Shown: positions 11,085-20,156, numbered from the stretch's first letter. The stretch: DNA of 64,000 nucleotides from Candidatus Aenigmatarchaeota archaeon (GCA_049303335.1 JBAQNA010000022.1:1135-65134), one strand, 5' to 3'. Numbers and translations: made by a program. Notes: generated from the sequence alone by a model not told the origin.

Positions 11085-11217
11085 AAACTGCCGGCGTGCT
11101 CTATCCTTTCACCGGTTTCTGCTCAATCCGATAATCGCGGCCGCGGCGATGGCTTTCTCGTCAGTGTCCGTTGTCGGCAACTCCCTTCTCATGAAAAAGT
11201 GGAAACCGAGATTATGA
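11085..11217 (+). pseudogene. frameshifted remnant of a CopA-like P-type ATPase C-terminus
   Basis: Encodes AGVLYPFTG, then after a frame change [33 protein letters not shown]. Compare the intact CopA C-terminus [31 protein letters not shown] at about 10160-10260. The DNA is clearly paralogous. Confidence 0.6.
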
Positions 11218-11269
11218 ACTTTTTTTTGAGTGCGCGATAGATTTAAAAAGTTTTAGGCATTCATTTAAA

Positions 11270-11647
11270 ATGATTTTTATGACTAAACCCCAGAAATTGA
11301 GAAAGATCTTGGCTGAAGCCTATAGAGAACTCGGATATGGAAACCATAAACTGGAAATATTTGGGATCAATGGGCTGCCTGTTGCATCATTTGGAGTGAA
11401 AAGGGATGACATGCTTACTGTTTCTGGAAACATGTCTGCTTTTTATGATGATGCAAAAATAGCAGCACGAAGATTATTGCATCAGGATGCAGAATCTGTT
11501 GCCATAGAAATTGAAGACGGAAGCAGGTATTATGCAAAAATGATCGGAGGCAATAATATTCTTGGAATAGTTTCTGATTTGAAAAGTTTTGACGCTGTTA
11601 AGACCGTCTTGAATAAATATTCTTCGAAATTTATTGGAATCTTGTAG
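11270..11647 (+). CDS. hypothetical protein (possibly roadblock/LC7-like)
   Basis: 125 aa alpha/beta protein; weak resemblance only. Confidence 0.3.
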   Translation: MIFMTKPQKLRKILAEAYRELGYGNHKLEIFGINGLPVASFGVKRDDMLTVSGNMSAFYDDAKIAARRLLHQDAESVAIEIEDGSRYYAKMIGGNNILGIVSDLKSFDAVKTVLNKYSSKFIGIL

Positions 11648-11680
11648 CATATTTAACTTCTTCTTTTACAATATTAATTT

Positions 11681-12754
11681 ATGAGAGACCCTGAATGCGT
11701 TCTCGTGCGGCTCGGAGAGATAGCGCTGAAAAGCCCGCAGGTGCAGAGAAGGATGTTTGGAATGCTTTTGGACAACGTAAAAGCCGCTTTGGATGGGATA
11801 GAATACAAAATGGAGACAAATCCGAACAGAATTTTCATCTATACGAAACAGATTGATGAAGCAATGGAACGGATAAAAAAGATTTTTGGCGTTACATCAG
11901 TATCGCCTTGCTGGACTTGCTTCTCGGGTCTGAACGACATCCGAATGATTGCTTCGGACATGGCTTCCGATGTTTTGAAAATCAGCGAGAAGAATTCTTT
12001 CGCGATTCGCGCGCACCGCGTGGGAAGGCACAAATTTTCTTCAAAAGAGATAGCTGAGGAAGCCGGCGCGGCTGTGAAGCGCGTAACCGGGGCGCGCGTA
12101 GACCTTTCAAACCCCGACAGGGAAATATTCATCGAGGCGCGCTCGCGCAAGACTTATGCATTTGTTGAAAAGATCCCTGCCGTGGGCGGAATGCCAGTCG
12201 GCGTGAGCGGAGGAATAATCTCAATAATTGAAAGTCCGAACGATGTGATAGCATCCTGGCTAATGATGAAGCGCGGCTGCGAAATCATGGCGATAACAGA
12301 TGAAGAAAACATGAAGCTTGCTCAAAAACTGAAAGATTGGGACAAGCAATTGAATATTCTAACTTATGAAAAAAATATTTTGGAAAATTACCTGGCGAAT
12401 ATTCCCAGTGCGAAAAAAACATCTGCACGGAAAATCCTTTTAATAATGCTCGCTTCCCTTGTCGCGGAAAAGGAAGGCGCTCTCGGAATAAGCTCCGGAA
12501 TAGCTTCAGGTGCAAACCTGGGATTTATTGGACAGGTGAATGGAACATCAAGTGTGCCCGTGTACATGCCGCTTCTGCTTTATCCGGAAAAGGAATTGAA
12601 AGAAATTATGAAGATGATAGGGATAAAGGCAAAATCAATAAAAGAAAAACTTCAGGAGATTGATTTGGAAAAAATGAGCGCCGATATTGGAAATACTGCG
12701 GAACAAATGCTTAAATCTCTGAAAGAAGAAAATGTAGAGCATGAGGCAGGATGA
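11681..12754 (+). CDS. ThiI-like tRNA sulfurtransferase (THUMP domain plus adenylation domain with degenerate PP-loop)
   Basis: The N-terminal region looks THUMP-like. It carries VSGGIISIIESPNDVIASWLMMKRGCEI, whereas canonical ThiI has SGGIDSPVAAWLMMKRG. The Asp of SGGIDS is replaced and there is an insertion. Confidence 0.55.
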   Translation: MRDPECVLVRLGEIALKSPQVQRRMFGMLLDNVKAALDGIEYKMETNPNRIFIYTKQIDEAMERIKKIFGVTSVSPCWTCFSGLNDIRMIASDMASDVLKISEKNSFAIRAHRVGRHKFSSKEIAEEAGAAVKRVTGARVDLSNPDREIFIEARSRKTYAFVEKIPAVGGMPVGVSGGIISIIESPNDVIASWLMMKRGCEIMAITDEENMKLAQKLKDWDKQLNILTYEKNILENYLANIPSAKKTSARKILLIMLASLVAEKEGALGISSGIASGANLGFIGQVNGTSSVPVYMPLLLYPEKELKEIMKMIGIKAKSIKEKLQEIDLEKMSADIGNTAEQMLKSLKEENVEHEAG

Positions 12755-13175
12755 ATATCTAGAGAAGGGAAATGCGGAAACATCTTCTGGTTCTGAAGAT
12801 GACGGACAGAAGAAAATCACAGACGAGGAAATAAAATCCGCAATATTGTCGGTGATGAAAAAGCGCATTTCTGTCAGGTCACAGGAAGAGCTGGCTTCCC
12901 TTGTCGCAGACGAAATCAACGAAAACGTGCAGCCGCAGAAAATCAGGGTTCTCGCGCTCGAACTGCCGCAAATAGAGGTTCGCGTTCTCACGAAAAAGTC
13001 CAACCGCGAAAAGCCTTCAAACTGCCCTTCCTGCGGCAAGCTTCTGAAAGCGCTTTACGCGAAAAACCTTCTTGACCAGAAAGTTGTCGTTGGGCTGGAG
13101 TGCGAACGCTGCCTCTACCGCGGCACCCTGAAAAGCTTCGCTCCCTTCAGGTACGAGTTCGCGATAAAGAAATAG
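12741..13175 (+). CDS. hypothetical protein with C-terminal C-x2-C ... C-x2-C zinc ribbon
   Basis: CPSCGK...CERC near the C-terminus; acidic N-terminus. Confidence 0.4.
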   Translation: MRQDEYLEKGNAETSSGSEDDGQKKITDEEIKSAILSVMKKRISVRSQEELASLVADEINENVQPQKIRVLALELPQIEVRVLTKKSNREKPSNCPSCGKLLKALYAKNLLDQKVVVGLECERCLYRGTLKSFAPFRYEFAIKK

Positions 13176-13226
13176 AAATTTGTCAAACTTTATAAACCGC
13201 CTTTCACCTTCTTATTTGGGATAAAA

Positions 13227-13526
13227 ATGTTCGAAGCGGAAGGTAGCATCGGGATTTTTCTTTGGGGAGCCATACTCGGCTGGGTGCTGATTTTCTTCAT
13301 CACAAGGAACAAGAACGACATCAAGGGCGCGGTTCTTCTCATCGGGGCGATAGGCGGAACCACGGTTTTTACGTGGCTGAACGGCGGAATATTTGACGAA
13401 TATTTTCTCGGATTGTTTGCAGGCTTCGTCGCTAACATCATAGTCCGCGTGATAGGAAAGAAAATCGGAGGGAAGGCGGGTGAAGCAGTCGCGGAAGTGA
13501 CCGTGTACAGAAATCTGAGAATTTAA
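13227..13526 (+). CDS. small hypothetical membrane protein
   Basis: Two or three TM helices. Confidence 0.35.
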   Translation: MFEAEGSIGIFLWGAILGWVLIFFITRNKNDIKGAVLLIGAIGGTTVFTWLNGGIFDEYFLGLFAGFVANIIVRVIGKKIGGKAGEAVAEVTVYRNLRI

Positions 13527-13554
13527 ATTCTTGACATACAATCATATTATGATG

Positions 13555-13800
13555 CCGTCGTAGCGAAGCTCGGCTCAACGCGCCCGCCTCGAATAAGGTT
13601 TTCTTCTCGAAGAAAACCTTAAGCAAAAGAAGGAATATACAAACATATTATGAGAAAGCGGGTGTGCGCAAGCACACGCAGGTGAGCCCTTTTCTTTTCG
13701 GTGCGAAAGTGAAAAAGAAAAGCGCTCAAGCGGAAAAGAAAAAACAAGAAAAGGGCTCTGCGAATTCGAATTCGGGAAGAAATTCCTGCCGACGGCGCCA
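13555..13800 (+). ncRNA. highly structured intergenic element (candidate ncRNA, identity unknown)
   Basis: Contains a perfect hairpin aaggttttcttc-tcga-gaagaaaacctt, a GNRA hairpin gtgtgc-gcaa-gcacac, a long purine/pyrimidine hairpin gcccttttctttt...aaaagaaaagggc, and a cgaattcgaattcg palindrome. Same hairpin style as the rRNA/tRNA insertions. Confidence 0.3.
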
Positions 13801-13820
13801 AAAAATATAAAACGATTTTT

Positions 13821-14216
13821 ATGAAAAATAAAGTTGTTATCTGCAATAGCGCAATATTCCATAAAGACGCGGAAAAGTGGAAAGAAAAGTTGGAAGAAGG
13901 AGGATATGAAGTCATAAAAATACCGGAGCATGATATAAATTCCCTTAAAGACTATCGGAATGGCCATACGGAACATTACAGGAAAATCGCGGAAGCCGAC
14001 ATTCTGTTTGTCCTGAATCTCGAAAAGAGCGGAATCGCGAATTACATCGGTCCGAGCGTATTCGCGGAAATGGCGTTTGCAATCGGCTTGAACATAACGC
14101 TCGGGAAGAATATAGAAATTTTTTGCCTGAATCCGCTGCCGAAAAATCTTCCTTATTCGGACGAGCTGAACAAGTGGAAAGAACTTGGATGGATAAAATT
14201 CTGGAAAGAATGCTGA
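13821..14216 (+). CDS. nucleoside 2-deoxyribosyltransferase-like protein
   Basis: Rossmann-like MKNKVVICNS...ADILFVLNL...NYIGPSVFAEMAFAIGL resembles the Nuc_deoxyrib_tr family. Confidence 0.45.
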   Translation: MKNKVVICNSAIFHKDAEKWKEKLEEGGYEVIKIPEHDINSLKDYRNGHTEHYRKIAEADILFVLNLEKSGIANYIGPSVFAEMAFAIGLNITLGKNIEIFCLNPLPKNLPYSDELNKWKELGWIKFWKEC

Positions 14217-14235
14217 TAATAATTTATTTGTCTTA

Positions 14236-14499
14236 TCAAATGCTTCTTATCTTCTTTAGAAAATCCTCGCCTTTTTTTGTCAATTTGTAATGATTTTCAT
14301 ATCTATTTTTTACCAAGACAGGCATCACGTCTATCAAGCCGTTCTGCCTCAATATGTTGAGCTTTTTGGAAAGCGTTCTTTCGTTTTTGCATATGTCTTT
14401 CAGCTCGCTGAACCGTTTATGCTTCGCTAATGCGTTCAAAATTTCTAGAATATAAGGCTGCCCTACAAGCCTGATTGTTTCGATGTTGCCTTTATTCAT
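14236..14499 (-). CDS. HxlR-type winged-helix transcriptional regulator
   Basis: GQPYILEILNALAKHKRFSELKDICKNERTLSKKLNILRQNGLI is an HxlR-like wHTH. The start was moved to the internal ATG (MNKGNIETIRL); the longer ORF-track N-terminus is low-complexity. Confidence 0.55.
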   Translation of the reverse strand: MNKGNIETIRLVGQPYILEILNALAKHKRFSELKDICKNERTLSKKLNILRQNGLIDVMPVLVKNRYENHYKLTKKGEDFLKKIRSI

Positions 14500-14582
14500 A
14501 CTATAGTAAGCTATAGCAATAAAGTATAATGTATCGAAAAGTATAGTAAGCTTTATATTAGTATAGTTAGAAATTACTTGAT

Positions 14583-15299
14583 ATGTCAGATAAACAAGCC
14601 GGAAACAAGAAGATGAAAATCCTTGACGTCGGCTGCGGTTCAAACAAATCCAAGTCGGAAGGAGATGAAGTTATAGGAATAGATTTTGACAAAAGACTTA
14701 AGCCGGACGTCGTTTGGGATTTGAACAATATTCCTTATCCCTTCAAGGACAGCGAATTTGACGAGATAACAAGCACTCATTGCATTGAGCATCTGAACTA
14801 TTCCTCAAAAGACCCGGATGATATTTTGAAAGAATTATGGAGAATTACAAAACACAACGGCTTGATAAAAATAAAGGTTCCGCATTTTTCGAGCACAGCC
14901 GCTTGGGGGCATTGGCAGCACAAAAGGCCGTTTGCGGCATTCGCCTCAATTCTTCACATTAATGACAAGTTAAAAGATTATTTCAAGATTGAAAAAATGG
15001 AGCTGCATTACGCAACAACTTACTCGACAGATGCAAAGAAAACTCTTTCCAAAGTTATCGACTTTTTTGCAAATATGAATCTGTGGTTTTGCGAAAGAAT
15101 GTGGCTTTATTATGTCGGAGGCTTTCAGGAAGTTGAAATGTGGCTGAAAGTCAGAAAATCCGATGAAACGGACAAATGCGAAGCAAACGAAAAGGCGTGG
15201 AAATACCACAGAGGCTGCCCGAAAAGGTGGAGTTGCAAAAGAATGAATTCAGAACAGTGCAACGAGACTTATGCAGAAATGAAAAGCAGAATTTATTAA
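14583..15299 (+). CDS. class I SAM-dependent methyltransferase
   Basis: Motif I ILDVGCGSN and motif II-like VIGIDFD, followed by a Rossmann fold. Confidence 0.65.
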   Translation: MSDKQAGNKKMKILDVGCGSNKSKSEGDEVIGIDFDKRLKPDVVWDLNNIPYPFKDSEFDEITSTHCIEHLNYSSKDPDDILKELWRITKHNGLIKIKVPHFSSTAAWGHWQHKRPFAAFASILHINDKLKDYFKIEKMELHYATTYSTDAKKTLSKVIDFFANMNLWFCERMWLYYVGGFQEVEMWLKVRKSDETDKCEANEKAWKYHRGCPKRWSCKRMNSEQCNETYAEMKSRIY

Positions 15300-15308
15300 A
15301 TTCAATCT

Positions 15309-15581
15309 TCACATCGGCACGCCGAACGCGTCTGATAGTTTTTCAATCTTCTTTATCTCGGAGACGAACTTCTCGCCTTTCTTGGTTATCCTGTAGACGA
15401 TTCCCTTTCCCTCCACAGCCTCGATGAATCCGCCCTCAATCAGAGTGGCAAGGTGCTTTTTCATCCTCGGGTGCGAGAGGTTTGCCTTGTAAAGAATGTG
15501 CGTGGGCTTCACCCCGCCGCCGTCCCTGACAATCTTCAGTATGTCCGCGAGTATCGAAAGCCTCGACCTTTTAACGTTCAA
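15309..15581 (-). CDS. small winged-helix DNA-binding protein
   Basis: 90 aa with a helix-turn-helix and wing pattern (ILADILKIV...HILYKANLSHPRMKKHLATLIEGGFIE). Confidence 0.45.
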   Translation of the reverse strand: MNVKRSRLSILADILKIVRDGGGVKPTHILYKANLSHPRMKKHLATLIEGGFIEAVEGKGIVYRITKKGEKFVSEIKKIEKLSDAFGVPM

Positions 15582-16194
15582 TCTTATTCACCCTCGTGAG
15601 CATTGCAAGAAGCGACACAAATCCGGAAAGAAGCGATATCTGCGCGACTACGTACACGAACGCGTTGTGCGAAGTGAACAGCGAAAGCAGGTGGTATGCC
15701 CCCATGAGCGCGAACGCCAGCATCACCAGAAGCGCGTTCGTGTTCCTGTTGAGCGCGTAATTCGCGGCGCTCTTGAATACCACATACGAAAGAATGAAAA
15801 GCGACAGGACCTGGAAATACGGGAAGCCTATGCTCCAGAACGGAAGGAATATCGGGAACTTCAGCTTTTCCGGAAGGTACATCACCGCAAGGAGCCCGTA
15901 CGCAAAAATGGAGCTCGCGTAATAAATCCAGAAGCCGAAATCGTCGGCCCAGGACGCGCCATCCTCGAATACCGATGCGCTTGATGTCGAGAGCGTCAGC
16001 AGCGTTGTTATGCCGAGCGTAAGCAGCCCCATGCCAAGAACCGCAAAGCTCGCGTGAAGATAGAAATGCGGTTTTTTCGATGTTACGTTGTAGAGCTTGA
16101 ACGCGTTAAAGCTGACAAGAAACGCGATCGCCGCGGAAAGAATGTACATGACGGAGTCGAATCCGAAAAACCACGACGGCACGAGTATGATCAT
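15571..16194 (-). CDS. hypothetical multi-pass membrane protein
   Basis: 6-7 TM helices, no motifs. Confidence 0.4.
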   Translation of the reverse strand: MIILVPSWFFGFDSVMYILSAAIAFLVSFNAFKLYNVTSKKPHFYLHASFAVLGMGLLTLGITTLLTLSTSSASVFEDGASWADDFGFWIYYASSIFAYGLLAVMYLPEKLKFPIFLPFWSIGFPYFQVLSLFILSYVVFKSAANYALNRNTNALLVMLAFALMGAYHLLSLFTSHNAFVYVVAQISLLSGFVSLLAMLTRVNKIER

Positions 16195-16497
16195 TCATTA
16201 TCACTGTTTTCAGATGTGAAGGCTGACGTATTTGCCTTATGAACCTCAAGTCCAGATTTCCGTTTCACAAGCGGCTTATATGCCTTTTGCGAATTCTCTA
16301 ATACTGAAATGCCACCTGCCAAAAAACAAAACGGGGTGATGAACAAGATATGGCGGAAAAGATTCCGCCAAAAACAACTCGCAGCTTCGTTCCAAGTCCC
16401 TCTTCACGGAGGGACTCTAATCGCTTAATTTTCTTGCTTCTTCAAAGTATTTAAAAATTAATTCTGACGCCCAGAAAGCCATAAAAATAAAAAAAAT

Positions 16498-16571
16498 TGG
16501 TGCGCCGGACGGGATTTGAACCCGTGTCGCGAGCTTGGCAAGCTCGTATCCTGCCACTAGACTACCAGCGC
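16498..16571 (-). tRNA. tRNA-Gly (GCC), CCA encoded
   Basis: The minus strand reads GCGCUGG UA GUCUAGUGGCAGGAUACGAGCUUGCCAAGCUCG...GGGUUCAAAUCCCGUCCGGCGCACCA. The anticodon loop is UUGCCAA and the T-loop is canonical. Confidence 0.85.
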
Positions 16572-16642
16572 ATTGCTAGATAAATTATCTATGAAACTTA
16601 AATAAATACGCATTTGAATTTGAAATCTTTTTATTCCGGAAA

Positions 16643-17518
16643 ATGCAGAATAAGACCATGAAAAACCTGAAAATCATCGACGTTAACACGCATCCCTCCT
16701 TCTCGGAAAACGACTTCAAGACGGACGCGAAACAGATAGGCATAGACTTCACGCTTAACGGGCTCCTGAAGGATTTCAAGAAATACAACGTTTACCGCGC
16801 GGTAGCGATGCCGAGATTTTCGCACAACTGCGTCGGCGAGAGGATTTCCCACACCGACCGCAACGACGAAATAATCCAGATTGTGAAAAAACATCCGGAC
16901 AAATTCTTGGGCGTTGCCACGCTGCAGCCGAGCGAGTTCGCGGAAAAGGATATGGAGACCATAGAGAAAGGAATCAACGACGGATATTTCAAGGCGCTGA
17001 AGCTTTATCTCGGCTACGAATATTTCTATCCGAACAGCGAGGAATGCGCGCCGATATACGAGTTTGCGCAGAGGATGGGCGTGCCCGTATTCTTCCATAC
17101 GGGCGACACCTGGAGCAAATTCTCGCGCGTGAAATACGCGCACCCGCTTGCGATAGACGACGTCGCGTGCTCCTTCCCGAAGGTGAAGCTCGTCATCTGC
17201 CATTTCGGGAATCCCTGGATAGCGGATGCGACGGAAGTCATTTACAAAAACAGCAACGTCTTCACCGACCTTTCCGGGCTGGTGGTTTACAGCAACAGCG
17301 TGTACAGGAAGCAGTACGAAAAGCTGAAAATCCGGCAGGTTTCCGAGGCGATATATTTTGACGACAACAATGCCAACAAGGTCATGTTCGGAACCGACTA
17401 TCCGATCGTCGGGTACGAATATTACACAAAACTCATTTCAAGGCTGGAAATTGGAAAGAAGGACTTGAGAAAAATATTCTTCGAGAACGCGCGGAAGCTG
17501 TTCGGGCTGAAAAAATGA
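16643..17518 (+). CDS. amidohydrolase-2 family metal-dependent hydrolase (TIM barrel)
   Basis: IIDVNTHP...FFHTGD...AHP...VICHFGNPW...FGTDYP is the His/Asp metal-ligand pattern of Amidohydro_2. Confidence 0.65.
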   Translation: MQNKTMKNLKIIDVNTHPSFSENDFKTDAKQIGIDFTLNGLLKDFKKYNVYRAVAMPRFSHNCVGERISHTDRNDEIIQIVKKHPDKFLGVATLQPSEFAEKDMETIEKGINDGYFKALKLYLGYEYFYPNSEECAPIYEFAQRMGVPVFFHTGDTWSKFSRVKYAHPLAIDDVACSFPKVKLVICHFGNPWIADATEVIYKNSNVFTDLSGLVVYSNSVYRKQYEKLKIRQVSEAIYFDDNNANKVMFGTDYPIVGYEYYTKLISRLEIGKKDLRKIFFENARKLFGLKK

Positions 17519-18864
17519 TTTTTCCGAAGATGCAACAGCGCCAACAAAATTATTCTGATAATATGCCAAACAAGAAAAGAACAAAACGAAAGGGCCTGAA
17601 GTTCCTGATTGTCGATGCCGAGGGGCTGATGTCTGACATGGCAAGGCAGCTGAAAGGGGAGGGCAACGAAGTCAGGATGCACATAACGCAGAAAAAATGG
17701 CAGGACATAGCGGGCGGGATCGCAGAGAAAGTGGATGACTGGAAAGCCCATAAGGACTGGGCTGACGTGATTCTTTTTTCATACTGCGGGTTTGGAAAAG
17801 AGCAGGAAGAGCTGAGAGGGAAAGGCTGCAAAGTTGTTGGAGGCTCCTCGCTGGAAGTTATAGAGACGGACAGGCACGAGGGCGTCAGGATGCTGGAGCG
17901 GATCGGGATAAAGCCAATCCCGTCCGCGGAATTCGAATCTTTCAAAAAGGCAAGGGAATTTATAAGACAGAACCCCGCAAGGTACGTGTTCAAGCCGTGC
18001 GGCGTAATGGAGGATGACAAGGAATCGACATTCGTGGGAAGGGAAAATGACGGCTCCGACGTGCTGCATGCGCTGAACAAGTTCGAGAAGATATGGAAAG
18101 GAAAAGCCTGCTTCATGCTCCAAAGATTCGTGGAAGGCATAGAAGTCGGCGTGGCCTGCTATTTTAACGGGAAAAACTGGGTCAAGCCCGTGCACATAAA
18201 TTTCGAGCATAAAAAGCTGATGCCTGGAGAGATAGGACCGAATACGGGGGAACAAGGAACGGTTTTTTATTTTGTGGATGACTGCCCCTTGTTTGACATG
18301 ACGCTGAATAAAATGACAGAAATCCTGAGAGAGAAAAATCACGTCGGGATTGTGGATCTGAGCATGATTATAAACGAAAAGGGCATTCACCCGCTCGAGT
18401 TCTGCATCAGGAACGGCTATCCCGCGTTACAGATTGAGGCGGCATCCCTTGACATTCCGTGGGGAAAATTTTATTCAGGCTTGTCCGACGGAAAAGACGC
18501 AAGATTCAAAGTCAGAAAACCTTTTTCCGTCGGCGTCGTAGTTTCGGTTCCGCCATATCCTTACGAAAGCAGGGAATTGTTCGAAAAAATTTCAGCGGGG
18601 CAGGCAATCCTCGTCAAGGAGAAAGAAAAATTTGTCAGGTACGCGGATGTCAAAATAAAAAACGGAAGTCTGGTTCCCGCGGGCGATATGGGTTATTTGC
18701 TTGTCTGTGTGGGAATCGGGAATACGCTTGAGCAGGCCATAAATGATGCGTATGATACGGTTGGGAAGGTGGACGCGAAAGACATGATGTACAGGAACGA
18801 CATAGGAAAGAAAGTTGTTGAAGGAAAGTGGATTGACAAGCTGAGGAAATGGAAATATTTATGA
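17515..18864 (+). CDS. ATP-grasp enzyme related to phosphoribosylamine--glycine ligase (PurD-like)
   Basis: NFEHKKLMPGEIGPNTGEQG matches the PurD motif (D/E)HKR-x4-GPNTGGMG. The N-terminal pre-ATP-grasp region has a Rossmann fold. ATGA start/stop overlap with the upstream amidohydrolase. Confidence 0.55.
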   Translation: MIFPKMQQRQQNYSDNMPNKKRTKRKGLKFLIVDAEGLMSDMARQLKGEGNEVRMHITQKKWQDIAGGIAEKVDDWKAHKDWADVILFSYCGFGKEQEELRGKGCKVVGGSSLEVIETDRHEGVRMLERIGIKPIPSAEFESFKKAREFIRQNPARYVFKPCGVMEDDKESTFVGRENDGSDVLHALNKFEKIWKGKACFMLQRFVEGIEVGVACYFNGKNWVKPVHINFEHKKLMPGEIGPNTGEQGTVFYFVDDCPLFDMTLNKMTEILREKNHVGIVDLSMIINEKGIHPLEFCIRNGYPALQIEAASLDIPWGKFYSGLSDGKDARFKVRKPFSVGVVVSVPPYPYESRELFEKISAGQAILVKEKEKFVRYADVKIKNGSLVPAGDMGYLLVCVGIGNTLEQAINDAYDTVGKVDAKDMMYRNDIGKKVVEGKWIDKLRKWKYL

Positions 18865-18926
18865 GATGACTTATAGCCGGGAGCAAAGCCCTTTATATCC
18901 AAAAACATTAAATACTTACTTTTAGA

Positions 18927-19421
18927 ATGAAAATAGAAAGGGTTGTTCTTATGCCGTTCTGGTCAAAGCCGCAAAAGAAGGATATCGAGGCAGTGAAGCA
19001 GGCTGTTGTCCCGCAGGAAAGGCCGCAGCCAATGGATATGCCGAAGTTCGACCTCGGGAAACTTCCCGAGAGGCCGCGCTTTGCCCCGCTTTTTATCAAG
19101 ATTGACAGGTATCAGGAAATCCTTAATTCCATTGAAAATCTGAAGTCAATACTGCTCGGCGTGCGCGACTTGCTGAACCTGATGCAGCAGCTTGACAGGA
19201 TAAAAATCGAGTCCGAGACGCTTCTCAACAAGAACATACAGGAAGTCATCCTGATTATTTCCAACATGGACAAGGAATTCATCAGGCCGAAAGGCGTCAG
19301 CGTGGAGGATTCCGTGCAGGATGCGCGCGACAGCGCGGGGTATGAAAAAGTCGGGAACTACATAGGCGACCTGCAAAGGGAGCTTGACAACCTCAAGTCG
19401 CAGCTGCAGGATCTAAGATAA
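18927..19421 (+). CDS. hypothetical coiled-coil protein
   Basis: ORF with a heptad-rich C-terminus; no motif. Confidence 0.35.
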   Translation: MKIERVVLMPFWSKPQKKDIEAVKQAVVPQERPQPMDMPKFDLGKLPERPRFAPLFIKIDRYQEILNSIENLKSILLGVRDLLNLMQQLDRIKIESETLLNKNIQEVILIISNMDKEFIRPKGVSVEDSVQDARDSAGYEKVGNYIGDLQRELDNLKSQLQDLR

Positions 19422-19627
19422 TTTCTTTTTCCGCCTTTCAGTTAGTTTTAAATTCTTCTAAAAGTAAGGTGTTTTTGATTAAACTTTTTTCACCTGGGCA
19501 CGAAAACGTTTTACGTTTTCGGCTCCGCCAAAAATGCGCAGCATTTTTGTGCGTGAGCAACAGCAATATTAGTATGCGAAGCATCAATAATATCAACTGC
19601 TGCTAACTTTCACTAAAAAAAGTTTAC

Positions 19628-19809
19628 GCGGAGATAGCCAATCACCCTTTTTTGCTGGCGCAAAAAAGCGCGACCGGAAAAGGGCGGACAAAGCCAGGTC
19701 TAAGGCGCAAGGCTTAGGAACAGGTTTCCTTTTCGTGCGAAGCTCAGAGACCTGAATTGAGACACCTTGTGGGTTAGTCCCTTCGTCAGTTCAAATCTGA
19801 CTCTCCGCA
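19628..19809 (+). tRNA. tRNA-like gene (about 180 nt) with internal insertions; encoded CCA; identity unresolved
   Basis: The 5' GCGGAGA pairs perfectly with 3' TCTCCGC, followed by A-CCA. A canonical T-arm (cgtcag ttcaaat ctgac) is present and a long variable-arm-like hairpin suggests Leu/Ser type. It contains the hairpin cccttttttgctggcgcaaaaaagcgcg, which is also present in RNase P RNA. Confidence 0.4.
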
Positions 19810-19869
19810 CCAATTGATTTTGCAGGAACATCTTATGCTTTTTATATTCTTTGCGTTGCATTATATTTT

Positions 19870-20143
19870 GCAGAAGATGGCCGCGGTGGTGTAACGGCAT
19901 CGGGTGAAAACCCTGCACGTTAAAGCACAAGAGCCTGTGGAAAACCTTTTCTTTTTAAAAAGAAAAGGTTTATCAAAAGAAAACAAAATAGAAAAAAGGC
20001 TTTATCATGCACAAAAAACTGAAAGTTTTTTGGCACGCCGAAAATCTTTCAGATTTTCGTGCGAAAAAGAAACAGTATTGTTTCGGAATATTACAGAAAG
20101 CTCTTAGACCGAGTTCGAATCTCGGCCGTGGCCCCACTCACAT
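19870..20143 (+). tRNA. intron-containing tRNA-like gene (about 180-nt insertion), CCA encoded; identity unresolved
   Basis: The 5' GCCGCGG pairs with 3' CCGTGGC (one G-U), then C-CCA. T-arm ccgag-ttcgaat-ctcgg; the 5' part resembles an archaeal D-arm. The insert is the purine-rich hairpin type. Its 3' exon lies 14 nt upstream of cmk. Confidence 0.45.
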
Positions 20144-20156
20144 TGAAAGTGTTTTT

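Noticed and set aside
19904-20156. 67-aa ORF inside the tRNA-like insert, and the 50-aa N-terminal extension of the cmk ORF (20007..20156)
   Set aside because: These frames run through tRNA exon and intron sequence. cmk has a good internal ATG right at the P-loop-containing N-terminus.
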